Part shown: positions 50,912-60,973 of the stretch, in pieces | Layout of the letters: every line of letters begins with the position of its first letter | Position numbering within the stretch: the stretch's first letter is position 1 | Assembly (NCBI GenBank): GCA_964387855.1 | Contig: CAYLYA010000008.1 | Span: forward strand, 3,404-67,403 | Origin: an uncultured Bifidobacterium sp. | GTDB lineage: Bacteria > Actinomycetota > Actinomycetes > Nanopelagicales > Nanopelagicaceae | DNA length: 64,000 bases | Reading direction: 5' to 3' | Made by a program: the position numbers and the translations under genes | Notes under the pieces: model-generated | The model's database searches: none | What the model was told of the DNA's origin: nothing | What the model saw: only the letters and a program-made list of their open reading frames with translations

Positions 50912-51400
50912 ATGGACGAGGGCCGCGAATATTTCCGGGACGAAAAGTTAACAGGCCTAGGCGGTTGGCTGGCCTTCTTTCTATTCACTCTCTATGCGGG
51001 CGTGTTCGCCTGCGGCTTGTCGACGGTATTGCTTGTGATCTTCCATGGCGATTTGGCCAACGCGGGCCTCTCATTAGCGAGCTATCTTGCGTCTTTGGTA
51101 TTTCTCGTCAGCAGTGGCTTAGTTAACCTCTGGTTTCTTCGTTTAGTCCGTGGACGCCAGAGGAGCGCAATTGAATCTGTGAAGATCTATGTGCTGGCAC
51201 AAGTGGTCCTTAACTTCATCTCCGGCCCCCTTGGCAACGATGTTCTGAACTCGCTGACTTTCAACGGAGTGAGTGCAAATGCGAAGGTTTCAAGCGGAAG
51301 CCCTCTCTGGTGGGAGGTTGTATCTGCTTTCTTGGTTCCTGGAATCTGGTACTTCTATTTCCAAAGGTCCAGAAGAGTCCATCTCACGCTCAACCGTTGA
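50912..51400 (+). CDS. DUF2569-like membrane protein
   Basis: Trimmed to the ATG at 50912 so that it no longer overlaps tRNA-Met. The LTGLGGWLAFFLF motif plus four TM segments resemble DUF2569. Confidence 0.55.
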   Translation: MDEGREYFRDEKLTGLGGWLAFFLFTLYAGVFACGLSTVLLVIFHGDLANAGLSLASYLASLVFLVSSGLVNLWFLRLVRGRQRSAIESVKIYVLAQVVLNFISGPLGNDVLNSLTFNGVSANAKVSSGSPLWWEVVSAFLVPGIWYFYFQRSRRVHLTLNR

Positions 51401-51499
51401 TTTCCAGCCTTCGATCAAGCTCGGATTTCGCCTCAAGTACCCCTGTCGGCTATTCTTACGCCTCTTATATTTAGTTCACACCGATGAAGGAGCAAGACC

Positions 51500-51670
51500 A
51501 TGGCAAGCAAGAGCGCGGACGTTCGTCCAAAGATCACCATGGCCTGCGTTGACTGCAAAGAGCGCAACTACATCACCAAGAAGAACCGTCGCAACGACCC
51601 AGACCGTCTTGAGCTCAAGAAGTTCTGCCCACGTTGCAAGGCTTCAACTCTTCACCGCGAAACTCGTTAA
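51500..51670 (+). CDS. rpmG: 50S ribosomal protein L33
   Basis: Not in the track (56 aa). My translation is [56 protein letters not shown], with the CxxC...CxxC zinc ribbon. Confidence 0.9.
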   Translation: MASKSADVRPKITMACVDCKERNYITKKNRRNDPDRLELKKFCPRCKASTLHRETR

Positions 51671-52059
51671 TGCTCAATCCCGATTCCGTCGGGCGCACGT
51701 TTCATGGTGCGAAGTCATTTCCTGTTACAGCCTCTGAGATAGCCGCCTTTGCCGCCGTTGTCGGTGAAGAAGATCTCACCGTTGCACCCCCAACATTTTC
51801 AATTCGGATCTCCCTTGATCAATCCCAGGAGTTGCTGACCGATCCTCAAGTTGGCTTGGACTGGTCTCGACTGGTCCACGGCGACCAGAAGTTTGAGATA
51901 TTTCGCCCAATAGTCGCCGGAGATGCTCTGAAATGTTCTTCGACAATCGAGAATTACAAAGTTGTGGCAGGCAATGAGATTGTCACAGTCCGCTCTGACC
52001 TTCGCTCTGGTGATGAACTTGTTGTTTCAACGTGGTCCACATTGGTGGTGCGCGCATGA
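51670..52059 (+). CDS. MaoC-like (R)-hydratase subunit without catalytic motif (HadA/HadC-like)
   Basis: The ATG overlaps the rpmG stop (TAATG). It has a hot-dog fold sequence, and the rpmG-hadA-hadB-type arrangement is known from mycobacteria. Confidence 0.7.
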   Translation: MLNPDSVGRTFHGAKSFPVTASEIAAFAAVVGEEDLTVAPPTFSIRISLDQSQELLTDPQVGLDWSRLVHGDQKFEIFRPIVAGDALKCSSTIENYKVVAGNEIVTVRSDLRSGDELVVSTWSTLVVRA

Positions 52060-52454
52060 TTAACGTTGGCGATGTGATCGCCGAGCGAGTCTTCTGGATC
52101 GACCGCGAGCTGCTTAAGAAATACGCAGATGCAAGCGGTGACCAGAATCCGATTCACCAAGATGAGGCCTTTGCGAAATCTGTCGGGCTTCCCGATGTGA
52201 TCGCACACGGAATGCTGACGATGGCACTTGCCGGCAAGTTCATCTCTGATTGGGCCGGCGGGCCTGCCACGGTAAAAGAATTCTCGGCACGATTTGTTAA
52301 GCCGGTTATCGTTCCTGCGAACAAGAAAGTTGACCTCACTGTTTCTGCGACAGTTGCCGAAGTCGAAGATGGAAATGTCCGCCTTAATATCAATGCCACC
52401 TCCGATGGCGTCAAGGTTCTAGGAATGGCAAAGGCGCTGGTCGTAAAGTCATGA
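52056..52454 (+). CDS. MaoC-family dehydratase (HadB-like catalytic subunit)
   Basis: ASGDQNPIHQDEAFAKSVGLPDVIAHG contains the hydratase 2 motif (D-x4-H...G). It overlaps the upstream gene (ATGA). Confidence 0.8.
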   Translation: MINVGDVIAERVFWIDRELLKKYADASGDQNPIHQDEAFAKSVGLPDVIAHGMLTMALAGKFISDWAGGPATVKEFSARFVKPVIVPANKKVDLTVSATVAEVEDGNVRLNINATSDGVKVLGMAKALVVKS

Positions 52455-53338
52455 CCGTCCCAGATGCAATCTGGAAATTGGGAGATGAACGAAAGGCAGC
52501 ACGGGCGGTAAAGGATTTCGCGCTTGCAGATCGACTACGTGATGAGATCGCAGGTGCTGGCTGGGACATCATTGACGTTGCCGGCTCATTCGAATTCCAC
52601 AAGCGGATTCGGTATGTGCTGACTGAGTCGATTAAGTTGATGAAGCCTGTGTTTGATGGGCGCGAGATCGCCATTGCAATGATTGTTTCTGGTTTTCAAG
52701 GTGATGCAGTCGAAGCTGTGAAGTCGATTCGCTCGTTTTGCGATACCCCAATTGTTCTCCTCTGTATTGACGAGGTCGGACCGCTTGAGGAACTCATAGA
52801 CGAGACAACAATCGCCGTAAAAGTTGTTGAAGAGTGCGGGTGGGCTCAAGCGGCAAATGCTCTCTTGCAAAACGTGCAGTCGGAATTTCTTGTGATTATG
52901 GATCCATCAACCCGGTTCATAGGCGACGCAGTCTCCCCGGCTCTCGCCAAATTGAAGGAAAGAACATTTTCGGCGGTGGGTTGGCGGGGAGGTCTCATCA
53001 ACCTTGAAGATGACTGGCGAAGCGTCGACGACAAAGGACCGGGTGAAGTCGATGTTCTATTCAGTTATTTCATGGCCGTGGATCGACAGGCAGCCCTTGA
53101 AGTAGGCGGGTTCAATTCCCGAGCTGTCTACTACCGCAATGCCGATATCGAGTTCTCTCTCAAACTTCGCCATGCGAGCGGGCACCTTTTACAGATGGAT
53201 CTTCCGCTGACGCAAGGCCGCCACCACGGATATCACGATGTTGATGAGACGTTTCGCGAAGTCCAGTCCAAGAAGAACTATGACCGCATCCTTGATCGCT
53301 TCCGCGGCAAGAATGCAATCCTGAGTCCGCGTCGCTAA
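52451..53338 (+). CDS. Fusion protein: CysRS-C-terminal-like helix domain plus GT-A (family 2-like) glycosyltransferase fold
   Basis: The N-terminus ERKAARAVKDFALADRLRDEIAGAGWDIIDV mimics the extreme C-terminus of cysteinyl-tRNA synthetase. The rest (IVSGF...VIMDPS...YFMAVDRQAALEVGGFN...NADIEFSLKLR) looks like a GT2 core. Confidence 0.5.
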   Translation: MTVPDAIWKLGDERKAARAVKDFALADRLRDEIAGAGWDIIDVAGSFEFHKRIRYVLTESIKLMKPVFDGREIAIAMIVSGFQGDAVEAVKSIRSFCDTPIVLLCIDEVGPLEELIDETTIAVKVVEECGWAQAANALLQNVQSEFLVIMDPSTRFIGDAVSPALAKLKERTFSAVGWRGGLINLEDDWRSVDDKGPGEVDVLFSYFMAVDRQAALEVGGFNSRAVYYRNADIEFSLKLRHASGHLLQMDLPLTQGRHHGYHDVDETFREVQSKKNYDRILDRFRGKNAILSPRR

Positions 53339-53348
53339 CCTTTCAACC

Positions 53349-54374
53349 ATGAGCCAGCTCTCGGACTACACGAGTTTCCGCGTCGGGGGACCTGCTCAGG
53401 AGATCGTCAATGCGTGCAATGAATCCGAGATCATCGCCGCCGTCCAGGCTGCAGATGAAGCAGGAAAGCCAATTCTGATTCTTGGCAGCGGGACGAACGT
53501 TCTGGTCAGCGACGAAGGCTTCAAAGGCGTGGTTATTCACGTTGCTAGTTCGGAAGTCGAGGCAGAAGTGGATGCGTGCAGCGGGGCGACTTTAACTATC
53601 GGCGCGGGCGAAGTGTGGGATGCATTCGTCGCTACGACGATTGCACGCGGGTATGCGGGGCTAGAGACGTTGAGCGGAATTCCAGGCACTGTCGGTGCGG
53701 CACCGATTCAGAACATCGGCGCCTACGGACATGAGGTCTCCGAGTTCGTCACACGTGTGCGCACCTACGATCGCAAGGAGAAACGAGTTCGGACTTTCAC
53801 CAACGAGGAATGCGGCTTCACATATCGCAATTCGAGGTTCAAGGTTGAACGAGACCGCTACGTCATTCTCGACGTCGGCTTTCAATTGCGGATCGGTGAA
53901 GCCTCTACACCAATCCACTACGCCGAGTTGGCGCGAGCTCTAGGAGTCGACGTAGGCGGGAAGGCATCCGTTGCTGCCACGCGTGAGGCGACCTTGAAAT
54001 TGCGCGAGAGCAAGGGGATGCTGCTGGATCCCAAGGACCACGACTCATGGTCGGCGGGATCCTTCTTCACTAATCCGATCGTGAGCGCAGAGGTTGCTGC
54101 AAATCTTCCCGAAGACGCACCTCGTTGGGTGCAACCAGATGGCCGCGTGAAGACGTCGGCTGCATGGCTGATGGAGCACGCTGGAATTCACAAAGGTGAT
54201 GCGCACTCGGGTGCGCGCATCTCGAGCAAGCACGTGCTTGCGTTGACGAATTCAGGTAACGCAACCGCGGCAGATATCGCAGCCCTTGCCAAAGAAGCGC
54301 AGGAGAAGGTGCAGAAAGTATTTGGAATCTTCCTCGAACCAGAGGTAAACCTTGTAGGAATTACCCTCGGTTAA
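53349..54374 (+). CDS. murB: UDP-N-acetylenolpyruvoylglucosamine reductase
   Basis: [17 protein letters not shown] and an FAD-binding domain are present, with SAGSFFTNP and SxKHxLAL C-terminal motifs. Confidence 0.9.
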   Translation: MSQLSDYTSFRVGGPAQEIVNACNESEIIAAVQAADEAGKPILILGSGTNVLVSDEGFKGVVIHVASSEVEAEVDACSGATLTIGAGEVWDAFVATTIARGYAGLETLSGIPGTVGAAPIQNIGAYGHEVSEFVTRVRTYDRKEKRVRTFTNEECGFTYRNSRFKVERDRYVILDVGFQLRIGEASTPIHYAELARALGVDVGGKASVAATREATLKLRESKGMLLDPKDHDSWSAGSFFTNPIVSAEVAANLPEDAPRWVQPDGRVKTSAAWLMEHAGIHKGDAHSGARISSKHVLALTNSGNATAADIAALAKEAQEKVQKVFGIFLEPEVNLVGITLG

Positions 54375-55576
54375 ACGGCCTCCGACATCAGCTTCTTGAT
54401 GCGGCCGATGCCTTCGACGATGTCGTCATCTCCTAGTGCGTAGGAGAAGCGCAAATAACCCGAAGGACCAAAAGCTTCTCCTGGCACTGCTGCAACTTCA
54501 ACTTCTTCCAAGATGAGCGTGGCCAATTCGGCAGATGTACGAGGGGTTTTTCCTCGGATTGTTTTCCCCAAGACGCCTTTTACGGACGGATAGACGTAGA
54601 AGGCGCCTTGGGGCATCGGGCAAACAAATCCGGGGATTTCGTTGAGCAGTCCGACGATGAGCTTTCGACGGCGGTTGAAGGCCTCGCCCATTTTGTGAAC
54701 TGCAGAAAGATCGCCAGTCAGCGCTGCAATCGCGGCGCGCTGTGAAACGTTGGATACGTTGCTCGACAAATGTGACTGGAGGTTTGTCGCGGCCTTGATA
54801 ACGTCCTTCGGACCGATCATCCAGCCCACGCGCCAACCCGTCATCGCATATGTCTTTGCAACGCCATTAAGAATGATTGTGCGATCGGCAATTTCTGGGA
54901 GGACGACTGGAATGCTGCGCGCGCTCGCACCGTCATAGAGAAGGTGCTCGTAAATCTCGTCGGAGATGATCCAAATGCCGTTCTTGTGAGCCCACTCGGC
55001 AATTGCTTTGACTTGCGCAGGCGAATACACCGAACCCGTTGGGTTGCTGGGGGAGCAGAAGAGAAGGACCTTGGTCCTTGGTGTTCGCGCGGCTTCAAGT
55101 TGTTCGACCGACACTAAATAGTTCTGGGTTTCATCCGCGAAGACTTCGATGGGAATTCCGCCGGCCAATTTGATGCACTCGGGGTAGGTCGTCCAGTAAG
55201 GAGACGGAAGCAAAACCTCATCGCCATGGTCCACGATCGTGGCGAATGCCTGGTACACGGCTTGCTTGCCGCCGTTTGTCACAAGAACTTGGTCTGCAGT
55301 GATCTCATAGTTGGAATCCCGCTTGGTCTTGGCAACGATCGCATCGCGAAGTTCGGGCAACCCCGATGTCGGGGTGTAGCGATGGTTGGCTGCAACACTC
55401 GCCGAAGCGATTGCTGCTGCGACGATATAATCAGGAGTTGGGAAATCCGGCTCACCCGCCCCGAAACCGATGACTGGACGACCTGCCGCCTTCAAAGCCT
55501 TGGCTTTTGCATCCACGGCAAGGGTGGCGGATTCTGCGATGGCAGCGATTCGGGAGGAGATTCGTTGGGCGCTCAT
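54371..55576 (-). CDS. Pyridoxal-phosphate-dependent aminotransferase, class I (aspartate aminotransferase-like)
   Basis: Trimmed to the ATG at 55576 ([13 protein letters not shown]...), because the longer track ORF runs antisense through tRNA-Trp. It has [25 protein letters not shown] (PLP Lys) and RFSY. Confidence 0.9.
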   Translation of the reverse strand: MSAQRISSRIAAIAESATLAVDAKAKALKAAGRPVIGFGAGEPDFPTPDYIVAAAIASASVAANHRYTPTSGLPELRDAIVAKTKRDSNYEITADQVLVTNGGKQAVYQAFATIVDHGDEVLLPSPYWTTYPECIKLAGGIPIEVFADETQNYLVSVEQLEAARTPRTKVLLFCSPSNPTGSVYSPAQVKAIAEWAHKNGIWIISDEIYEHLLYDGASARSIPVVLPEIADRTIILNGVAKTYAMTGWRVGWMIGPKDVIKAATNLQSHLSSNVSNVSQRAAIAALTGDLSAVHKMGEAFNRRRKLIVGLLNEIPGFVCPMPQGAFYVYPSVKGVLGKTIRGKTPRTSAELATLILEEVEVAAVPGEAFGPSGYLRFSYALGDDDIVEGIGRIKKLMSEAV

Positions 55577-55723
55577 GGGGCAAGTCTGCCGTACGGCTGG
55601 GGGGTCTTGGGCACCACTAATCTTGGGCATCCTGAAGGGCAGCCACGCCCGAGTTAGACCCCGACCTATTCCACGCTCTACACTCTGCCCCTGACGATTA
55701 TGGTCTTTTGCCATGCCGTCTGA

Positions 55724-55800
55724 AGGGCAGTAGCTCAACTGGCCAGAGTTCCGGTCTCCAAAACCGGCGGTTGGGGGTTCAAGTCCCTCCTGCCCTGCCA
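55724..55800 (+). tRNA. tRNA-Trp (anticodon CCA), CCA end encoded
   Basis: Acceptor AGGGCAG/CTGCCCT, anticodon stem CCGGT/ACCGG with loop CTCCAAA, T loop TTCAAGT, discriminator G plus CCA. The position upstream of secE is conserved. Confidence 0.9.
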
Positions 55801-55840
55801 TGTTCGAAAGAGATCGACCCAACGAAAGGAAAGGCCCACG

Positions 55841-56068
55841 ATGACTGATGTGGTTGCGCCACGTGAAGAGAAGAAGCTTGGTCTCTTCGCGCGCATTGGC
55901 CTTTTCTACCGTCAGGTAGTTTCAGAACTACGCAAAGTTGTTTGGCCGACTCGTAAGCAGTTGACCACCTACACCGCCGTGGTTCTGGTCTTCGTGACCT
56001 TCATCATCGCCGTTGTTTCGCTTCTCGATCTGGTTTTAACCAAGATCGTCTTCTTGGTATTTGGATAA
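55841..56068 (+). CDS. secE: Preprotein translocase subunit SecE
   Basis: 75 aa with [19 protein letters not shown] followed by a single TM segment. Confidence 0.85.
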   Translation: MTDVVAPREEKKLGLFARIGLFYRQVVSELRKVVWPTRKQLTTYTAVVLVFVTFIIAVVSLLDLVLTKIVFLVFG

Positions 56069-56077
56069 GGAAGCAAT

Positions 56078-56821
56078 ATGTCTGAAGAGAAAAACGACGC
56101 CTTCGAGGCTGCTCTGGCTGCGGCAACTGTCCAACCAGTTGTTGCCGAAGAGCCTGCCGTCGAGGTTGTCGCATCCCCAGATTCAGAGAACGTCACTGAG
56201 GTTGAAGGCGAAGTTGCATCTGACCTCGAGCCTGAGGACGACGAGAACGACCCCAACGCTGAGTTCCGTCGCGCCCTGCGCACGGCTGCAGGTGACTGGT
56301 ACGTCGTCCACTCATACGCGGGTTATGAGAAGAAGGTAAAGGGCAACCTTGCCAACCGTATCCAGTCCTTGAACATGGAAGATTACATTTTCCAGATCGA
56401 AGTTCCTGAAGAAGAGGTCACAGAGATCAAGGCAGGCGTGCGCAAACAAGTCAAGCGCAACATCTACCCAGGTTATGTACTTGTTCGCATGGATCTGACG
56501 GATGAATCATGGTCTGCTGTACGTAACACTCCTGGTGTAACCGGCTTCGTTGGAAACGCACACCACCCAAGCCCGCTGACTTTCGAGGAAGTAGAGAAGA
56601 TTCTCGCTCCTCGCCCAGTGAAGAAGTCCGACAAGCCAGATATTCGCGTTGTGGATTTCCAGGTTGGAGAATCCGTCACGGTTATGGATGGTCCGTTCGC
56701 AACTCTTCCTGCATCGATCAGCGAGATCATGCCTGAGCAGGCAAAGCTCAAGGTTCTTGTTTCGATCTTCGGTCGCGAGACTCCAGTGGAACTCTCATTC
56801 CACCAAGTACAAAAGATTTAA
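56078..56821 (+). CDS. nusG: Transcription termination/antitermination factor NusG (with acidic N-terminal extension)
   Basis: [15 protein letters not shown] (NGN domain) and a KOW domain ([13 protein letters not shown]) follow an Asp/Glu-rich extension of about 70 aa, which is common in actinobacteria. Confidence 0.93.
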   Translation: MSEEKNDAFEAALAAATVQPVVAEEPAVEVVASPDSENVTEVEGEVASDLEPEDDENDPNAEFRRALRTAAGDWYVVHSYAGYEKKVKGNLANRIQSLNMEDYIFQIEVPEEEVTEIKAGVRKQVKRNIYPGYVLVRMDLTDESWSAVRNTPGVTGFVGNAHHPSPLTFEEVEKILAPRPVKKSDKPDIRVVDFQVGESVTVMDGPFATLPASISEIMPEQAKLKVLVSIFGRETPVELSFHQVQKI

Positions 56822-56853
56822 TCCCGGAAACTAGATAGAGAAGAGAAACAACT

Positions 56854-57285
56854 ATGGCCCCGAAGAAGAAGATCACAGCAATGATCAAGTTGCAGATCCA
56901 AGCTGGCGCTGCAACACCTGCGCCTCCAGTTGGTCCTGCTCTAGGTCAGCACGGCGTGAACATTATGGAGTTCGTTAAGCAGTACAACGCTGCTACCGAA
57001 TCACAAAAGGGACAGATCATTCCTGTTGAGATCTCCGTGTATGAAGATCGCACATTCACTTTCGTTACAAAGACTCCTCCTGCCTCACGTTTGATCTTGA
57101 AGGCCGCTGGAGTCGACAAGGGATCTGCGGTTCCTCACAAGACCAAGGTCGCATCAATCACCAAGGCCCAGGTTCAAGAGATCGCAAAGACCAAGATGGA
57201 AGACCTCAATGCCAATGACATTGATGCCGCCAGCTTGATCATCGCAGGTACCGCACGTTCAATGGGTATCACCGTCACCGATTAA
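56854..57285 (+). CDS. rplK: 50S ribosomal protein L11
   Basis: [30 protein letters not shown] is the canonical L11 N-terminus. Confidence 0.96.
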   Translation: MAPKKKITAMIKLQIQAGAATPAPPVGPALGQHGVNIMEFVKQYNAATESQKGQIIPVEISVYEDRTFTFVTKTPPASRLILKAAGVDKGSAVPHKTKVASITKAQVQEIAKTKMEDLNANDIDAASLIIAGTARSMGITVTD

Positions 57286-57391
57286 TAGATTTCTTCATTC
57301 CAAGTCGGAATGAAGATGTGGGAGAACCACGCTGGTTCGCATCACCACAACCGAACAGGAACTGCTCGGCAGTTCTTGAAAGAGGAGCGAA

Positions 57392-58099
57392 ATGAAGCGA
57401 AGTAAGAAATACACCGCAGCAGCGGAAAAGGTTAAGAAGGATCACCTCTACACACCACTTGAGGCCGTGACACTTGCACGCGAAACCTCAACCACAAAAT
57501 ACGACGCAACCGTTGAAGTTGCTCTATTGCTCGGTGTCGATCCTAAGAAAGCCGATCAGGCAATCCGAAGCACAGTCAACTTGCCGCACGGAACCGGCAA
57601 GACCGCCCGCGTACTTGTGTTCGCAGGTGGAGCACGTGCCGATGAAGCACGCGCGGCCGGCGCCGACATCGTTGGTGCAGACGAATTGATTGATGAAGTT
57701 GCAAAGGGTCGTCTTGATTACGACGCTGTTGTTGCAACACCAGATTTGATGGGTAAGGTTGGTCGGCTCGGAAAGGTACTTGGACCTCGTGGTCTTATGC
57801 CAAACCCAAAGACTGGCACAGTCACAACCGATGTTGCCAAGGCAGTCACCGATATCAAGGGAGGAAAAATCGAGTTCCGCGTTGATAAGAACTCCAACCT
57901 TCACTTCATCATCGGCAAGACTTCCTTCACGGCGCAACAGTTGGCTGAGAACTACGCGGCAGCACTCGATGAGGTAAACCGCGCAAAGCCATCTGCATCA
58001 AAGGGCCGTTACATCCGCAAGGCCGTCATCTCGACAACGATGGGACCTGGCATTGCCGTGGATCCCAACCTCACGCGAGAGCCAAACGCAGCCGAATAA
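57392..58099 (+). CDS. rplA: 50S ribosomal protein L1
   Basis: [20 protein letters not shown] and [21 protein letters not shown] are present, with GKIEFRVDK. Confidence 0.96.
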   Translation: MKRSKKYTAAAEKVKKDHLYTPLEAVTLARETSTTKYDATVEVALLLGVDPKKADQAIRSTVNLPHGTGKTARVLVFAGGARADEARAAGADIVGADELIDEVAKGRLDYDAVVATPDLMGKVGRLGKVLGPRGLMPNPKTGTVTTDVAKAVTDIKGGKIEFRVDKNSNLHFIIGKTSFTAQQLAENYAAALDEVNRAKPSASKGRYIRKAVISTTMGPGIAVDPNLTREPNAAE

Positions 58100-58108
58100 A
58101 TTCTGTGC

Positions 58109-58190
58109 AATAACCCCCTTCGTGGGTGGACTTGAGATGTGTTCGTTAACATCTCTGCGCTCCACCCACTGACGGGGGTTATTTCTTTTT
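58109..58190 (+). terminator. Long compound stem-loop followed by a T-run, downstream of rplA
   Basis: Three nested pairings: AATAACCCCC/GGGGGTTATT, GTGGGTGGA/TCCACCCAC and GAGATGT/ACATCTC. TCTTTTT follows. Confidence 0.55.
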
Positions 58191-58219
58191 CCGGCTCCAA
58201 TTTGTCTCCTAGGCCTTTC

Positions 58220-58243
58220 TCCAGTATTCTCGGTTTTACTGGA
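58220..58243. promoter_or_regulatory. Inverted repeat TCCAGTA-N10-TACTGGA upstream of the ArsR-family gene (candidate autoregulatory operator)
   Basis: Perfect 7-bp arms at 58220-58226 and 58237-58243, 13 nt upstream of the ATG at 58257 and adjacent to the RBS AAGGGGGAG. Confidence 0.3.
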
Positions 58244-58256
58244 ATAAGGGGGAGCA

Positions 58257-58931
58257 ATGGGCAAGCGCGAGGCAAAGACTGCTTTGTACGAGCAGTTCGC
58301 TCGGATGGGTAAGGGCTTCTCCAGCCCCAAGCGCCTGGAACTGCTGGATCTTCTCGCCCAAGGCGAGCGCTCGGTTGAGTCGCTGGCTAATGAAGCCGGC
58401 CTAGGTCTTTCTACGGTGTCCATGCACCTACAAGCCCTCAAAGATTCAGGTCTCGTAGCCACCCGACGCGAGGGCACGACGATTCGCTATCGGATCAATG
58501 GGGAGGACGTCCAAGCTCTCTTCGCGATGTTGAGAGAGGTCGCGACAACTCACATTGCTGACGCCGATCGAGCGGCAACCACGTACTTGGGCGGGGACCC
58601 TCATGATTTTTCAGACGCCGTTGAACGGGCGAGATTACTTGAGAGTCTGAGTACCGGAGAAGTCGTTGTCTTGGATGTTCGACCTAACCTTGAATTTGAA
58701 GCGGGTCATATTCCCGGTGCGCGCTCTGTTCCGCTTTCAGAATTAGATAAATTTATTTCTACCCTAAAGAAGGATCTCGATGTTGTTGTTTATTGCCGCG
58801 GCGCATATTGCGTGCTGGCCTACGACGCAGTGAAGGCACTCAACAAAAACGGGTTTAGGGCGCGTAGATTGCAAGAAGGAATGCTGGAGTGGCGCCTCGC
58901 TGGTCTGCCAGTTGAAAAAAATGTTGCATAA
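58257..58931 (+). CDS. ArsR/SmtB-family regulator fused to a rhodanese domain
   Basis: A wHTH region (SPKRLELLDLLAQGERSVESLANEAGLGLSTVSMHLQALKDSGLV) is followed by a rhodanese domain with the active-site loop YCRGAYC. Confidence 0.8.
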   Translation: MGKREAKTALYEQFARMGKGFSSPKRLELLDLLAQGERSVESLANEAGLGLSTVSMHLQALKDSGLVATRREGTTIRYRINGEDVQALFAMLREVATTHIADADRAATTYLGGDPHDFSDAVERARLLESLSTGEVVVLDVRPNLEFEAGHIPGARSVPLSELDKFISTLKKDLDVVVYCRGAYCVLAYDAVKALNKNGFRARRLQEGMLEWRLAGLPVEKNVA

Positions 58932-58967
58932 AAAATATCCCCAACTAATAAATACAAGGAGTTCGAA

Positions 58968-59318
58968 ATGAAGGTACTCATGATCATCAACGGATCTGCT
59001 TACGGACTGGATTCAACGTATAACGCAATCCGTTTAGCTGGATCCCTTTCTAAGCGCGAAAATGTTGAAGTAACCGTATTCCTAATGGGCGATGGAGTTA
59101 CTGCTGCAATGGCTAATCAGAAGACGCCTGACGGATACTACAAACTCGATCGCATGCTTTCGATCGTGACCCGCAACGGTGGGGCGATCGAATGCTGCGG
59201 TACCTGCATGGATGCGCGTGGAATTTCTGACGAGATGCTTATTGAAGGATCAAAACGTTCAACGATGGAAGCCCTCACCGATGCAACGTTAGCTGCCGAC
59301 AAAGTCTTGGTCTTTTAA
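58968..59318 (+). CDS. DsrE/DsrF-like sulfur-relay family protein
   Basis: 116 aa. MKVLMIINGSAYG...FLMGDGV...CGTCMDARG is typical of the DsrE/YchN fold. Confidence 0.7.
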   Translation: MKVLMIINGSAYGLDSTYNAIRLAGSLSKRENVEVTVFLMGDGVTAAMANQKTPDGYYKLDRMLSIVTRNGGAIECCGTCMDARGISDEMLIEGSKRSTMEALTDATLAADKVLVF

Positions 59319-60475
59319 TGGTTGAAGAAAGTCGCGGGAAGACGGTTCTTGTACTTGGTGGCGGCATCGGAGGAATTACCGCGGCAAATCGACTACGAAA
59401 ACTTCTGGATCGCCGACATCGGGTCGTACTGGTTAGTCGCGAGGCAGAATTCTCATTTGCCGCGTCTTATCTGTGGATCATGACCGGAGATCGCAACCCT
59501 AAACAGATAACACGACCACTGCATAGATTGAAGCGCAGGGGTATCGAAGTCGTTATCGGCGAGGTGGAGCGGATTGATCCGACTACTCGTACCGTCGTTG
59601 TCTCTGGAAAAAGCCTCACCTCGGACTACATCGTGGTAAGTCTCGGAGCGAATTGGGCTACTGATCGTGTGCCGGGTTTGGCCGATTACGGCCACACATT
59701 TGCGACTCTGCCTGGGGCAGAACTCCTTGCGAAGAAATTGACCACGATCACATCGGGCCGAATAACGGTGGTAACGGCAGCCCCGCTTTACAAATGTCCC
59801 GCCGCTCCCTACGAGGCCGCACTCTTGATTGACGCGGGCCTCAGGAAACGAGGAGTTCGGGATCACGTTGAGGTCGTAGTCCGCAGCGCTGAGGCAACGC
59901 CAATGCCGGTCGCCGGAGTTAACGTTTCAACTGCGGTCGAACTAATTCTGAAGGAACGTGGCATCGACTACGTTCCGAATCGTCAAGTCACCGCTGTCGA
60001 GGCCGGACTGATTCATTTCGACGCCGAGCACGAAAAGACTGATCTTCTCGTTTACATGCCTCCAATAGCTGCTCCAACCGTAATTGCGGATTCTTCTCTG
60101 GCGGCGGCTGATGGTTGGATCCACGCCGATCCAATTACCTTGGCTACGGATTTCGATGGCGTCTATTCCATTGGTGACAATACCCATATTGTTTTGAAAA
60201 TCGGCAAACCGTTGCCTCGCGCGGGAGTGTTCGCGCATGCACAAGCGCACGCTGTGGCCGAGCGGATTAGTGCGTCCATTCAAGGCAAACCGGAACGAGC
60301 GGAATTCGATGGGCATGGTGGTTGCTTCATTGAAACCGGCGCCGGTCGTGCTGCCTACGGTTCGGGAAACTTCTACGCCGATCCGGCACCTCAAATCGAG
60401 ATTCACGCACCGGCCCGTCGATGGCACTGGGGAAAAGAAGCGTTTGAATTAAACGTGCTTCGACGTTGGTTATAA
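59318..60475 (+). CDS. FAD-dependent pyridine nucleotide-disulfide oxidoreductase, sulfide:quinone oxidoreductase-like
   Basis: An N-terminal dinucleotide-binding motif (VLVLGGGIGGITAA), YKCPAAPYEAALL and a C-terminal GD motif (YSIGDN). The start overlaps the DsrE-like stop (TAATG). Confidence 0.7.
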   Translation: MVEESRGKTVLVLGGGIGGITAANRLRKLLDRRHRVVLVSREAEFSFAASYLWIMTGDRNPKQITRPLHRLKRRGIEVVIGEVERIDPTTRTVVVSGKSLTSDYIVVSLGANWATDRVPGLADYGHTFATLPGAELLAKKLTTITSGRITVVTAAPLYKCPAAPYEAALLIDAGLRKRGVRDHVEVVVRSAEATPMPVAGVNVSTAVELILKERGIDYVPNRQVTAVEAGLIHFDAEHEKTDLLVYMPPIAAPTVIADSSLAAADGWIHADPITLATDFDGVYSIGDNTHIVLKIGKPLPRAGVFAHAQAHAVAERISASIQGKPERAEFDGHGGCFIETGAGRAAYGSGNFYADPAPQIEIHAPARRWHWGKEAFELNVLRRWL

Positions 60476-60537
60476 CGAACAGTTCCTCTTTACCCATTCT
60501 TAAGTACTCACAGTCCATGACACCAAAGGAGAAGCAC

Positions 60538-60924
60538 ATGAACTACGGAATGAGCCGAACGATCAACCGTCCTTTCGACGAGGTCAATGCAGAGATCCGG
60601 GCTGCCCTCGCAGAACAGAGTTTCGGCATTGTCAGCGAAATCGACATGCAGGCGACGTTCAAGAACAAGATCAACGTCGATATTGAGCCGATGCTCATTC
60701 TCGGTGCCTGCAATCCGAACTACGCCTACCGGGCGTTGGATGCCGAGCCGTCCATTGGCTTGCTCCTGCCCTGCAACGTGGTCATCCGCAAGACCGATGC
60801 CGGTGTCGTGGTGGAGATCATCAATCCCCAGATGATGGCCCAGATAACCGAAGGCCCGGAGATGGCCAAGATCGCCGATGAGGTCACCGAGAAGCTCTCG
60901 GCCGCCCTTGCCAGTCTTAAGTAA
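60538..60924 (+). CDS. DUF302 domain protein
   Basis: Trimmed to the ATG at 60538 after AAAGGAGAAG. FGIVSEIDMQATFKNK...MLILGACNP...LPCNVVI matches the DUF302 pattern. Confidence 0.7.
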   Translation: MNYGMSRTINRPFDEVNAEIRAALAEQSFGIVSEIDMQATFKNKINVDIEPMLILGACNPNYAYRALDAEPSIGLLLPCNVVIRKTDAGVVVEIINPQMMAQITEGPEMAKIADEVTEKLSAALASLK

Positions 60925-60951
60925 GCCCGTTTTCTAGGCTCATTTTGACCA

Positions 60952-60973
60952 GGGTAGGCCTCACGGCCTACCC
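60952..60973 (+). terminator. Hairpin GGGTAGGCC-TCAC-GGCCTACCC after the DUF302 gene
   Basis: Perfect 9-bp GC-rich stem 27 nt after the stop. Only a weak T tract (TTACGTTCT) follows, so its termination efficiency is uncertain. Confidence 0.4.

Noticed and set aside
50770-51126. ORFs 50770..51126 and 50798..51400, which start inside tRNA-Met
   Set aside because: Their 5' parts overlap the tRNA-Met gene. Only the frame from the ATG at 50912 gives a plausible membrane protein, and the 50770 frame is Arg/Cys-rich noise.
54371-55822. A 483-aa ORF extending the aminotransferase about 82 codons upstream
   Set aside because: The extension runs antisense straight through the tRNA-Trp gene (55724-55800) and has odd composition. 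The conserved aminotransferase N-terminus begins at the ATG at 55576.
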